A stretch of DNA of 64,000 bases from Streptosporangiales bacterium (GTDB lineage: Bacteria > Actinomycetota > Actinomycetes > Streptosporangiales > WHST01). The translations under genes were made by a program, and so were the position numbers. Positions 52,461 to 62,900 of this stretch are shown in pieces. The notes under the pieces were generated by a model. That model saw only the letters and a list, made by a program, of their open reading frames with translations, was not told where the DNA came from and did not search any database. The stretch is from NCBI GenBank assembly GCA_009379825.1, contig WHTA01000006.1, positions 65,858 through 129,857 on the forward strand. The letters are read 5' to 3'. Positions within the stretch are counted from its first letter, which is position 1. Every line of letters begins with the position of its first letter.

Positions 52461-54608
52461 ATGTGGGTACGGCTGGTCGTCGGTCTCGGCCTGACAGCGG
52501 TGGCCCTCGTGTTCGCCGGTCGGCGGCTGTGGTGGCTGTTCCAGGTCATCCGCACCGGACAGCCTGCGCCTGAGCGTACGCAGGGGATGCGAGAGCGGAT
52601 CGCCACGCAGTTCACCGAGGTGCTCGGCCAGCGCAAGCTGCTGAAGTGGTCGGTGCCCGGCCTGGCGCACGCGTTCACGTTCTGGGCCTTCCTGCTGCTG
52701 CTGACCGTCTACATCGAGGCGTACGGGGCGCTGTTCGACCCGCACTTCACCATCCCGCTGATCGGCCACTGGCCGGTGCTCGGGTTCCTGCAGGACACCA
52801 TCGCGGTGCTGTGCCTGCTCTCGCTCGTGGTGTTCGCGGTCATCCGGGTGCAGAACTCGCCGCAGAAGCTCGACCGGCAGTCCAGGTTCAAGGGGTCGCA
52901 CACCGGCGGGGCGTGGCTGATCCTGTTCATGATCTTCAACGTGCTGTGGACGCTGTTCGTACTGCGTGGCTCGGCGATCGTCGCGGGCGAGTTCCCTTAC
53001 GAGTCCGGCGCGTGGATGTCCGAGCTGGTGGGCATAGCGCTGGCGCCGATCGGGCAGCCGGCCGCCGAGGTGCTGACCACGGTGATGATCCTGGCGCACC
53101 TGGCCGTGATGCTGTCGTTCCTGCTGATCGTGCTGCACAGCAAGCACATGCACATCTTCCTGGCACCGCTGAACGTGCTCACCTCCAGGCGGCCGAACGC
53201 GCTCGGCCCGCTCGAGCCGATGATGAGCAACGGCAAGCCGCTGGACTTCGAGGAGGCCGACCCCGACGTCGACGTCTTCGGCCGCGGCAAGATCGAGGAC
53301 TTCACCTGGAAGGGCCTGCTCGACTTCTCCACCTGCACCGAGTGCGGCAGGTGCCAGTCGCAGTGCCCGGCGTGGAACACCGAGAAGCCGCTGTCGCCGA
53401 AGATGCTGATCACCGACCTCCGCGACCACATGTTCGCGAAGGCGCCGTACCTGCTCACGCCGGAGGACCAGCGCGACTCGCTGCCGGACGCGCTCAAGGC
53501 GGAGGCGGAGCGACCGCTGGTCGGTGGCGCGGACGTGAACGGCGTGATCGACCCGGACGTGCTCTGGTCGTGCACCAACTGCGGTGCGTGCGTCGAGCAG
53601 TGCCCGGTCGACATCGAGCACATCGACCACATCGCAGACATGCGCCGCTACCAGGTGCTCATCGAGTCGAGCTTCCCGTCCGAGGCCGGCACGATGCTGA
53701 AGAACCTGGAGAACAAGGGCAACCCGTGGGGCATGAACGCATCCTCGCGGCTGGACTGGACCGAGGGCCTGCCGTTCGAGGTGCGGGTCGTCGAGGACTC
53801 CATCCCCGACGACGTGGAGTACCTGTTCTGGGTCGGCTGCGCGGGCGCGCTGGAGGACCGGGCGAGGAAGACCACCCGTGCGGTCGCCGAGCTGCTGCAT
53901 ACGGCGGGCGTGGAGTTCGCCGTGCTGGGGCCGATGGAGTCGTGCACCGGTGACCCGGCCAGGCGGCTGGGCAACGAGTTCGTCTACCAAATGCTGGCGC
54001 AGCAGAACGTCGAGACGCTCAACGAGATCGGCGCGAAGAAGATCGTCGCGACCTGCCCACACTGCTTCAACACCATCGCGCGGGAGTACCCGCAGCTGGG
54101 CGGCAACTACGAGACCATCCACCACACCCAGCTGCTGGCCAGGCTCGTGGAGGACGGCCGGTTGAAGCCGGTCACCGCAGTCGAGGAGAAGGTCACTTAC
54201 CACGACCCCTGCTTCCTCGGCCGGCACAACAAGGTCTACACCCCGCCGCGGGAGCTCCTCGCGAACGTCCCGGGACTGAAGTCCGAGGAGATGCACCGGT
54301 GCAAGGAGCGCGGCTTCTGCTGCGGCGCCGGCGGCGCACGGATGTGGATGGAAGAGTCCATCGGCAAGCGCATCAACACCGAACGGGTGGACGAAGCGCT
54401 CGCCCTCGACCCCGACACGGTGTCGACCGCGTGCCCGTACTGCCTGGTCATGCTCGGCGACGCGATCAAGGCCAAGCAGGCCGACGGGGAAGCCGCCGAC
54501 ACCCTCGAGGTCGTCGACGTCTCGCACCTGCTGCTGCGTTCGCTGCAGGAACCGGGCAACGGTGCCACGGAGGAGACCCCGGAGCCGGCCCCGACCAGCA
54601 CCGACTGA
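52461..54608 (+). CDS. membrane-anchored (Fe-S)-binding reductase (HdrD/GlpC-like: N-terminal multi-TM domain, two 4Fe-4S motifs, two CCG domains)
   Basis: CTECGRCQSQCP and CTNCGACVEQCP ferredoxin motifs. CCG-type motifs CPHCFNT and FCCGAGG. About six N-terminal TM segments. Confidence 0.85.
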   Translation: MWVRLVVGLGLTAVALVFAGRRLWWLFQVIRTGQPAPERTQGMRERIATQFTEVLGQRKLLKWSVPGLAHAFTFWAFLLLLTVYIEAYGALFDPHFTIPLIGHWPVLGFLQDTIAVLCLLSLVVFAVIRVQNSPQKLDRQSRFKGSHTGGAWLILFMIFNVLWTLFVLRGSAIVAGEFPYESGAWMSELVGIALAPIGQPAAEVLTTVMILAHLAVMLSFLLIVLHSKHMHIFLAPLNVLTSRRPNALGPLEPMMSNGKPLDFEEADPDVDVFGRGKIEDFTWKGLLDFSTCTECGRCQSQCPAWNTEKPLSPKMLITDLRDHMFAKAPYLLTPEDQRDSLPDALKAEAERPLVGGADVNGVIDPDVLWSCTNCGACVEQCPVDIEHIDHIADMRRYQVLIESSFPSEAGTMLKNLENKGNPWGMNASSRLDWTEGLPFEVRVVEDSIPDDVEYLFWVGCAGALEDRARKTTRAVAELLHTAGVEFAVLGPMESCTGDPARRLGNEFVYQMLAQQNVETLNEIGAKKIVATCPHCFNTIAREYPQLGGNYETIHHTQLLARLVEDGRLKPVTAVEEKVTYHDPCFLGRHNKVYTPPRELLANVPGLKSEEMHRCKERGFCCGAGGARMWMEESIGKRINTERVDEALALDPDTVSTACPYCLVMLGDAIKAKQADGEAADTLEVVDVSHLLLRSLQEPGNGATEETPEPAPTSTD

Positions 54609-54677
54609 GCCTGCCGGAACCGGCCGATCCGACCTGGCGTCGCAAGCCGCATGGCGAGTAGCGGCATCAAGAGGACC

Positions 54678-55697
54678 ATGGGGCGCGACGAGCTGCTGTC
54701 CGCAGTACGCGCGCTCGGCCTGCCGGAAGGGAAGTACGCGGTGTTCGGCCGCGGCCCGCTGGTCGTCCGGGGGCTGAGGACGAGCAACCACATCACCATC
54801 GCGGTCACCGTCGACGTGTTCAGGCGGCTGATCGCGGCGGACGGGTGGGACGTCCACCGCGCCGACGACGGCCGCGAGGTGTTGCGCTGCGGCAGCTTCG
54901 AGGTCGTCGACCGGATCGAGCTCCCCGGCTACCAGCGCACCGGCAAGGCGCTCGTCACCGCGTCCGAACGGGTCGACGGCGTGCCCGTGGTCCGCCTGGC
55001 CGAGCTGCAGAAGCTGCTCGAAGCCCGCAAGCACCGCGACGACGAGACGGACCTCAACCTGGTCCGCCGCGCACTCCGCGACGCCAGCCCGCGCCCGCAG
55101 GAACCGGGTCTGCAGCGGTCGCCGGAGGAGGGCACCTGGGATGGCACGGGGCTGGCGTTCCTCGTCCGGGCCCTCACCAAGCCGGCCGCCACGTTCGCGA
55201 CAGGCCACGGCGTGCGGTTCTGGCCGACCGCCTACCTGGTCTCCGTGGCGAGCGTGGCAGTGAACGGTCTCGGCGCCGCCATCCACGGCAACGGCGACGC
55301 CCCCGGGTCCCCACTACTCCCGCTCGTGGGCGCACCGCTCATCGCAGCGCTTGGACTGCTGGTCTCCCTCCTGATCTCCCGGGTCGCGCTCGGCGTCGCC
55401 CGCGGGGGCGGCGGGGACGGTGACTACGTCGCGGCAGCCAGCCAGGCGGCGATCGTCACGGCCGTGTGGGACCTGCCGGCCAGCCTGGTACAGCTGGCGG
55501 TCGGGCCGGGCGCGGCCGCGGCGCTCAAGTTCGTCTCCCTCGTTGCGTACGTGTATCTCGCCTACCTATACGCCGGCGCGTACCGGGTGTCGGTCGCCCG
55601 CGGCCTCTTCGGCGCGGTGGTCGGCACGCTCGCCCTGCTCGCCGGCGTGATCTCCGTCGCCGTCGTCGTCGCCCTGCTGGTGATGGCGGGTACCTGA
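54678..55697 (+). CDS. fusion protein: degenerate nucleotidyltransferase-like N-domain plus a Yip1-like polytopic membrane C-domain (paralog A)
   Basis: It aligns along its whole length with the next gene. The NTase motif positions read FGRGPLVVRGLRTSNHITIAV, with no Ser and no DxD. The C-terminal half begins LTKPAATFA and has about five hydrophobic segments. ATG 54678 is preceded by AAGAGGA. Confidence 0.6.
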   Translation: MGRDELLSAVRALGLPEGKYAVFGRGPLVVRGLRTSNHITIAVTVDVFRRLIAADGWDVHRADDGREVLRCGSFEVVDRIELPGYQRTGKALVTASERVDGVPVVRLAELQKLLEARKHRDDETDLNLVRRALRDASPRPQEPGLQRSPEEGTWDGTGLAFLVRALTKPAATFATGHGVRFWPTAYLVSVASVAVNGLGAAIHGNGDAPGSPLLPLVGAPLIAALGLLVSLLISRVALGVARGGGGDGDYVAAASQAAIVTAVWDLPASLVQLAVGPGAAAALKFVSLVAYVYLAYLYAGAYRVSVARGLFGAVVGTLALLAGVISVAVVVALLVMAGT

Positions 55698-55722
55698 CGC
55701 CGCTGGCGCCTATGCTCGTCGC

Positions 55723-56763
55723 GTGGGCATCGACCGCACGCAGCTGCTCGACGTCGTACGTGCGCTCGACCTGCCCGCCGGTCAGTACGTGGTCTTCGGC
55801 AGCGGGCCGCTGGTCGTCCGCGGCCTGCGGGAGGGCCGCGACGTCGACCTGGTCGTCACCCCGGAGCTCTACGAGCGGCTGCGCGACACCGGCTGGACGG
55901 TGGTGGCGAAGGACGACGGCGGCGAGCTGCTGCAACACGGCGACGTCGAAGCGATGACCCGGCTGGAGTTCCCCGGCTACCACCGCGACCCGCGTACGCT
56001 CATCGCCGGCGCGGAACACATCGACGGCGTGCCGTTCACGCCGCTGGCCGAGCTGCGTACGTTCAAGACGGCGCTCGGGCGTCCCAAGGACCAGGTCGAC
56101 CTCGACCTGATCGACGCGGCGCTCACCCGGCAGAACGGTGCGGCGTCCGGCGAGGAGCGGGCCGAGTGGGCACGTCAGCTGCTGGCCGACCGTGCGGCGC
56201 CGGGCCGGCCCGAGCCGCCGCCTTGGCCGGGCAGCGGCTGGACCTTCCTCGCCGGCACGGTCACCCGGCCGAGTGCGACGTTCGCCGCCGCGGCGGGCAC
56301 GACGTTCTGGGGCACCGCCCTCGTGGTGTTGTTCGCCAGCGCCGTCGTCCGGAGTGCCCGGGTGCTCGTGCACGGCGGCCCGGTGAGCGAGCTGGTGCTC
56401 GGCCCGGTGGTCGCGGTCGCCGGGTTGGTGCTTGCGGCCATCGTCGGCGGCATCGCGCACGCCACGGCGCGGCCGGCCGGCGACGACCCGGCGCCGGTCG
56501 CGAGCCAGACCGGCGTCGTGCTCGGCCTGGCCAGCCTCCCGGCGACCGTCACCCATCTGCTCACCGGCACCGCCGCGGCGGCCGGCCTGGCGGCGCTGGC
56601 CACCTGCCCGGTTGCACTGTGCCTGCTCGCGCTGCTGTACGCGCGGTCGCTCGACGTACCGTACCGCCGCGGACTGCTTGGTGCCGTCGCCGGCGGCGTG
56701 ACGGTCGTGGCCGTGCTCATCCTGCTCGGTTTCGTGGTGGTGCTGGTCACCTCGCTGGCGTAG
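55723..56763 (+). CDS. fusion protein: minimal Pol-beta-type nucleotidyltransferase-like N-domain plus a Yip1-like polytopic membrane C-domain (paralog B)
   Basis: FGSGPLVVRGLREGRDVDLVV fits the hG[GS]-x(9-13)-DxD NTase signature. GRPKDQVDLDLI follows later. The C-terminal half begins VTRPSATFA and has about five hydrophobic segments. GTG start. Confidence 0.6.
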   Translation: MGIDRTQLLDVVRALDLPAGQYVVFGSGPLVVRGLREGRDVDLVVTPELYERLRDTGWTVVAKDDGGELLQHGDVEAMTRLEFPGYHRDPRTLIAGAEHIDGVPFTPLAELRTFKTALGRPKDQVDLDLIDAALTRQNGAASGEERAEWARQLLADRAAPGRPEPPPWPGSGWTFLAGTVTRPSATFAAAAGTTFWGTALVVLFASAVVRSARVLVHGGPVSELVLGPVVAVAGLVLAAIVGGIAHATARPAGDDPAPVASQTGVVLGLASLPATVTHLLTGTAAAAGLAALATCPVALCLLALLYARSLDVPYRRGLLGAVAGGVTVVAVLILLGFVVVLVTSLA

Positions 56764-56792
56764 CCAGGCACCGCACGAAGTACGCTCGAAGG

Positions 56793-57182
56793 GTGCGCAA
56801 GCTGCTGACGCCCAAATGGTTGGCCTTGCATGCCCTGGCGGTCGTGCTGGTCATCGCCTTCCTCGCGTTCGCGTACTGGCAGCTGCAGCGCGGGGCGGCG
56901 GGCAACGCCCGCAGCCTCGGCTACGCGTTCCAGTGGCCGCTGTTCGCGCTGTTCGTCGTCTACATGTGGGTGCGGATGGTCCGCGAGGAGCTGCACCCGA
57001 AGCCGGACACCGAGCCGAAGGCGCCGCGGGTGGCCACCGCCGTCCCCGCGGCACGGCCGGCCGCCGTCACCACGGCCGAAGAGGACGACGACGAAGACGA
57101 CCCGGAGCTCGATGCCCAGCTGGAGGAGTACAACCAGTGGCTGGCGCAGCTGAATCGGCAAGCGGAACGGACGGCGAAGTGA
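56793..57182 (+). CDS. small two-TM membrane protein with an acidic C-terminal tail
   Basis: WLALHALAVVLVIAFLAFAYW and WPLFALFVVYMWV segments, then EEDDDEDDPELD. GTG 56793 is the estimated start. The stop overlaps the next gene's start (GTGA). Confidence 0.55.
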   Translation: MRKLLTPKWLALHALAVVLVIAFLAFAYWQLQRGAAGNARSLGYAFQWPLFALFVVYMWVRMVREELHPKPDTEPKAPRVATAVPAARPAAVTTAEEDDDEDDPELDAQLEEYNQWLAQLNRQAERTAK

Positions 57183-57553
57183 CCGACGTCGCGAACGACA
57201 CCGGGGCCGAGCCTGCCGCGGAACCGGCGGGCGAGCTGCCCAAGCCGGTGCGGGGGGCGCTCACCAGGTACCGGGTGATGGCGTACGTCACGGGCGTGCT
57301 GCTGATCCTGCTGGTGTTCGTCGCGATGCCGTTGAAGTACCTCGGCGGCATCGAGTGGCCGACGGTGGTGATCGGCCAGGTGCACGGCTACCTGTACATG
57401 ATCTACCTGGTCGCGGCGGTCGACCTGGCCAGGCGGGTGCGGTTCAGCTTCCAGCGGATGGTCGCCATGTTCCTCGCCGGCGTCGTGCCGACCGTCGCGT
57501 TCTTCTGTGAACGCCGCGTCACCCGCTGGGCGCGGGAACGGTACGCCGGCTGA
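57179..57553 (+). CDS. DUF3817 family membrane protein
   Basis: LTRYRVMAYVTGVLLILLVFVAMPLKY...GQVHGYLYMIYL matches my recollection of the DUF3817 pattern. Confidence 0.8.
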   Translation: MTDVANDTGAEPAAEPAGELPKPVRGALTRYRVMAYVTGVLLILLVFVAMPLKYLGGIEWPTVVIGQVHGYLYMIYLVAAVDLARRVRFSFQRMVAMFLAGVVPTVAFFCERRVTRWARERYAG

Positions 57554-57557
57554 CCGG

Positions 57558-58133
57558 TCAGATCCTCGTGCGGTGGAAGTTCAGGTGCGACCGCGACGGG
57601 GTCGGTCCGCGCTGGCCCTGGTAGCGCGAGCCCGCCGCGCCCGACCCGTACGGAAACTCCGCGGGCGAGCTGAGCTGGAAGAAGCACAGCTGGCCGATCT
57701 TCATCCCCGGCCACAGCTTGATCGGCAACGTGGCGACGTTGGACAGCTCCAGGGTCACGTGGCCGGAGAAGCCGGCGTCGATGAAGCCGGCGGTCGAGTG
57801 GGTCAGCAGCCCTAGCCGGCCGAGTGAGCTCTTCCCCTCCAGCCGGCTGGAGATGTCCGGCGGCAGGCTGACGATCTCGTACGTCGAGCCGAGCACGAAC
57901 TCGCCCGGGTGCAGGATGAACGGTTCCTCACTCTTCGCCTCGACCATCCTGGTCAGGTCCTCTTGCTCCTGCGCCGGGTCGATGTGCGGGTAGCGGTGGT
58001 TCTCGAACACCCGGAAGTAGCGGTCCAGCCGGACGTCCACGCTGGCCGGCTGGACCAGCGAAGCGTCGTACGGCTCCAGACCGATCCGCTTCGCCTCGAT
58101 CTGCGCCTTGATGTCACCGTCGGAGAGCAGCAC
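57558..58133 (-). CDS. dcd: dCTP deaminase
   Basis: [26 protein letters not shown] and [16 protein letters not shown]. Confidence 0.95.
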   Translation of the reverse strand: MLLSDGDIKAQIEAKRIGLEPYDASLVQPASVDVRLDRYFRVFENHRYPHIDPAQEQEDLTRMVEAKSEEPFILHPGEFVLGSTYEIVSLPPDISSRLEGKSSLGRLGLLTHSTAGFIDAGFSGHVTLELSNVATLPIKLWPGMKIGQLCFFQLSSPAEFPYGSGAAGSRYQGQRGPTPSRSHLNFHRTRI

Positions 58134-58157
58134 CCGGTGAAGCGTACCGGCTGCCCG

Positions 58158-59693
58158 TCACCGCTGGACGTACGCCATCGGCTTTCGCTTGCAGCCCTTC
58201 TCTTCGCCGTCCTTGACGAGGCAGGTCCTGGTGGTCAAGGTGTTCCGCTTCCACGACCAGTGCCCGCGACGGGTCTCGCACTGTTCCCCGTCGGTGCTGG
58301 TCGCCCAGGTCACCACGTCGCCGACACCGTCGATGGCCTCCGTACGGACCGTCCAGCCGTCGACCTTGTCGTCACACGCACGCACCGTCACACCGTTGTC
58401 CACGCCGACGCGGTACTGCACGTGCCCGGCCCGCTTCTCCTGGCCGAGGTAGATCCGCTCCAGCATGCCGTGCTTGCGGCAGTCCTTGCGTTCGCCGGTG
58501 TGCTTGTTCTTCAAGCAGGTCTTGAGCGCCATGTGTCTGAAGTTCGCGTCCTCGATGGGCTCGTACTTCTGGCACATGCCCCGGTAACTGCCGCCATCGG
58601 ACCCCTTGATGAAGTTGTCGCCCTGGTACGGGACGTACCCGCGGGCCTTGACCCGCCAGTCCCCACCCCGGTTGTCGCACACGATGAGCCTGGAGCTGGA
58701 CTTGCCGTAGACGATGAGATGTGCCCAGCCGGCCTCACCCTTGGCGCCGGCGCGTACCGAGCCAGAGATCTCGATGCCGCCCTTGACGTGCATCCGCATG
58801 ATCACCGGCTTGTGGTCGGACGCCCTCGTCTTGCACGCGACCTTGCCGCCGTCGGTGACGATGGCCGGGGACGCGAAGACGTAGTCGATGCGCTTCACCT
58901 TCTTCTCGCCCTCTTCCGGGCGGCACTTCTCACCCTTCGGCACGCTCGTGGTCACGCCGGCGACGCTGTTCTTCACCATCGTCCAGGTGTCGATGAGGCC
59001 ACGGTTGGCGATCACCGACTTCATCGGGTCGTCCGGCCGCAGGTTGAAGTCGCCCATCAGCACTATCGGTCGGTTCAGGTAGTCGAGCATCTCCGAGCGC
59101 AGGATGTACTTGACCTCGCGGTCGCGCAGCCGCTCCCAGTAGTCCGCAGGCACGTCCTTCTCGTCCTGACACTTCTGCGGCGTCGGTTTCGGCGCCTGGG
59201 TGTGCGTGTTGATGACGTGGATCCGCGTGCCACCGACCTCGATCCCTGCCTTGACGATGCTTCCCGTCTTCCCGCACTTGTCGCGCGGGAGGGTGTCGGT
59301 CTCCGGGTTGTGCAGCTCGCGCTTGGACGCCAGCAGCTTGCCCATCTGGCCAGGTTTGGTGTTGTAGAAGTACTTGTAGCCGAGCTCGGGCAGCTCGCGC
59401 TTCATCCACTTGATCTCGTCCGGGTGTCGCGGATGGTCGTCGGGCCAGTCGGCACCGTGATCGCGGTGGATCTCCTGCAGGCCGACGATGGTCGGCGAGT
59501 GCTTGGCGATCACGTTCTTCACCGCGTCCAGGTTGACAGCGTCGTCGTCCGGGCCCTGGGCGAAGTGGATGTTCCAGGTCATCGCCGTGAACGAGGTGCT
59601 CGCCGCCCTCTCCGCGGGGGCGGTCTCCGCCGCCAGAGCACCCCCCGGGGTGAGCGTGGCCGCCGTGAGCACCAACAACAGCGCCTTCAACAA
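58158..59693 (-). CDS. secreted endonuclease/exonuclease/phosphatase (EEP, DNase I-like fold) family protein with a duplicated Cys-containing C-terminal module
   Basis: Signal peptide MLKALLLVLTAATLTPGGALA. EEP catalytic motifs TWNIH, GLQEI, INTH, GDFN, IDYVF and SDHKPV. TTG start. G+C is markedly lower than in neighbouring genes. Confidence 0.8.
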   Translation of the reverse strand: MLKALLLVLTAATLTPGGALAAETAPAERAASTSFTAMTWNIHFAQGPDDDAVNLDAVKNVIAKHSPTIVGLQEIHRDHGADWPDDHPRHPDEIKWMKRELPELGYKYFYNTKPGQMGKLLASKRELHNPETDTLPRDKCGKTGSIVKAGIEVGGTRIHVINTHTQAPKPTPQKCQDEKDVPADYWERLRDREVKYILRSEMLDYLNRPIVLMGDFNLRPDDPMKSVIANRGLIDTWTMVKNSVAGVTTSVPKGEKCRPEEGEKKVKRIDYVFASPAIVTDGGKVACKTRASDHKPVIMRMHVKGGIEISGSVRAGAKGEAGWAHLIVYGKSSSRLIVCDNRGGDWRVKARGYVPYQGDNFIKGSDGGSYRGMCQKYEPIEDANFRHMALKTCLKNKHTGERKDCRKHGMLERIYLGQEKRAGHVQYRVGVDNGVTVRACDDKVDGWTVRTEAIDGVGDVVTWATSTDGEQCETRRGHWSWKRNTLTTRTCLVKDGEEKGCKRKPMAYVQR

Positions 59694-59913
59694 TCTCGGT
59701 CATCCCCTTCGTCGGTAACACAGCGCAACGAGGGCCTGAAACGGTTCACGTTTCCCCGGCCCGTCAGCCTGCTCGGTCGTACCTTTTTACGGTGCGGCCG
59801 AGTTGTTCGGTACCCGTCAGCAGCACCGAACGTGGCCGGCTGCGGACAACCGAGGGCGACAACCGGGGGCGGCGGCGGTGCGTCCCCGACAGGTCGTCCA
59901 GTCCGATGGTGGG

Positions 59914-62900
59914 ATGGGTATGCCTCGTCCGGAACGCCCTGTCGAAGGTGCCGACGGCGTGGCCGAGCGGTTCGCCGTCGAGCTGCGCGCGCTGCGCCAG
60001 GACGCCGGCCTGCCCTACCGGAATCTCTCCGCCCGCACCGGCTACTCTCCGTCGACGCTGTCCGCCGCCGCGGCGGGACACCGGCTGCCCATCCTGGACG
60101 TGGCGGTCGCCTACGCCACCGCCTGCGGCGGTGACGAGCAGGAGTGGACGGCCAAGTGGCAGGCGGCCGCGCTGTCCGCCGCCACCGAACGGCTCGACGA
60201 CGCGTCGGCCACCGCCGACCGCGCGCCCTACCGCGGGCTGACCAGCTTCACGACCGCGGACGCCGACCTGTACTTCGGCCGGGAGGACCTCGTCGCCGAG
60301 CTGGTGACGCGGGCGACCAGCCGTCCGGTGACCGTGGTGCTCGGCGCGTCCGGTGTCGGCAAGTCGTCGCTGCTTGCCGCGGGCGTGGTGCCCGCGCTGC
60401 CGCGGGACGTGCACGCCGTCGTCACCACCCCGTGCGGCCGGCTGCGGGAGAGGTTGGCCGAGGAGCTCACCGGTCACAGCACGTGCGTCCTCGTCGTCGA
60501 CCAGCTCGAGGAGGTCTTCACGCACTACCCGGCCGAGGAGCGGGCCGCGCTCGTCGAAGGCCTGCTGGAGCTCGCGGACCGGTCGGACGGCCGGGTGCGG
60601 CTGCTGCTGAGCGTGCGCGCCGACTTCTACGGCCGGTGCGCGGAACACCCGCGGCTGGCCGCCGCACTGCGCAACGACCAGGTGCTCGTCGCGCCGATGA
60701 CCGACGAGGAGCTGCAGGCCGCGGTCGCCGGGCCGGCAACGGCGGTGGGCCTGTCGGTGGAACGGGCGCTGCTCGCCGCCGTCGTCAGGGACGCCCGCGG
60801 CCAGGCCGGCTGCCGCTGCTCTCGCACGCAATGCTGGAGACCTGGCGCCGACGCAGGGGTGACGTGCTCACGCTGGCCGGCTTCACCGCGGCCGGCGGGC
60901 TCGGTGGTGCGGTGGTGCAGACGGCCGAGGCCGCGTACGCCGAGCTCGACCCGGCCGCGCAGCGGCTGACCGCGGAGCTGCTGCTCCGCCTGGTCACCGT
61001 CGACGAGGACACCACGGCGACGGGGCGCCGGGCGGAGCTGACCGAGCTGCTCGACCTGGACCCGGTGGCACAGACCGTCGTCGACCGGCTCGCCGAGGCC
61101 CGGCTGGTCACCGTCGACGAGGACACCGTGCAACTGGCGCACGAGTCGCTGGTCACCGCGTGGCCGCGGTTGCGCGCGTTGATCGACGACGACCGCGAGG
61201 CGTTGCGCAACCACCGCAAGATCACCGAGGCGGCACGGATCTGGGTGGAGACCGGGCGCGACGGCTCCACGCTCGCCGCCGGCAGCCGTCTTGCGCTGAT
61301 GCAGGCACAGGTCGAGTCCGCACCGGCCACGCTACGGCTCACCACGGTCGAGCGGGAGTTCCTCGACCAGAGCGCGGCCGAGGAACGGCGGGTGCAGGCG
61401 GCGGCCGTCCGGCGGGCGAAGGGGCTGCGCGCGCTGACCGCGGCGGCCGTGGTCTGTGCTCTCGTCGCGGCCGTGCTTGCCGGGGTCGCCGGCCGGGCCC
61501 GCACCGACGCGCTGGCCGCGCGCGACACGGCGCTCTCGCAGCAGATGGCGCTGACTGCCGACGAGCTGCGCCAGACCGACCCCACCCTGGCCGGACAGCT
61601 GGCCGTCGCCGGCTACGGCATAGCGAAGACCAGGGATGCGCGGTCCTCGCTGCTGGAGTCGGCGACCGGGCCGACGGCGGCGAGGTACCTCGGCGGCCCA
61701 GGGCCGACGGCCATGGCCGCGGCCACCGACGGCGGCCTGGTCGCGGCCAGCGACGCGACCGACGGTTCGGTCCGGCTGTTGACCGAGGCGGACGGCAGGC
61801 TGGTGCGTACGGGCACCATCGCCGCCGGCGCACCAGGAGCGCTCGTCTACGCGCTGGCGCTGTCGCCCGACGACCGGCTGCTCGCCGTAGGTGACACGAC
61901 GGCGACGATCGCGTTGTGGGACGTCACGAACCCGCGGTCACCGCGGCGGTTGGCCACCCTGCGCGGCGGTCCACAACACGCGATCGAGCGGCTCGCGTTC
62001 GCGCCGAGCGGGGACGAGCTCGCCGCCGCCGGCGGCAACGGCGTCTTCCGCTGGGACACCGCGGAACCGACGCAACCGCGGCGGCTCGCCCGGCTGCCGG
62101 CCACCGCGACCACCCGCACAGTCAGCTACGACGCCGGCGGCGACCGGCTGGCGTTCGGCACCGACAGCGGCGAGGTGCAGCTGTGGGACGTGGCGGACGA
62201 CGAGCGCCGCACGGCCGTGCTTGCGGCCGGCGACCGCCCGGTGCCAGCGCTGGCGTTCGCCCCCGACGGCGGCACGCTCGTCACCGGCTCGCACGACCGC
62301 GCCGTGCGGGTGTACGACGTCACGCCACCACAGCGGCCGCGGCTGCGTACCGTCCTCGACGACCTGTTCGAGCTCTACGTCACCACGGTTGCGGTGAGCC
62401 CGGACGGGCAGTACCTGGCGGCAGGCAGCTCCGACTCCACCATGCGCGTGATCGACACGTCCACCTGGACGAGCGTGCAGACGCTGCCGCATCCGGACGT
62501 GGTCACCTGGGCCACGTTCACCGACGACGGACAGACCCTCGCGTCCGTGGCCACCGACGGGGCCGTGCGGCTGTGGGACCTGGCGACTGCGCTACCGCAG
62601 CACACCGAGGCACCGATCCTCGATCTCCCGTTCAGCGCCGACGGGCACCGGCTGGCGGCCTTCTCCGCCGGCCAGGCGACCGTGTGGGACACCACCCAAG
62701 CCATGCACCCGACACCGCTGGCCGAGAGCGTCACCGCACCCGACGATGCAGCGGCCTTCAGCGGTGCCGGCGACATCGCCGCCGACGGGGAGTTGGTTGC
62801 CGCCGGCAGCACACAGGGCGACGTGCACCTGTACGACCTCCGCGACCCGTTGGAGCCACGCCATGCCGCCACGCTCGGCGGCTCCGCCGCGGAGGTGTTC

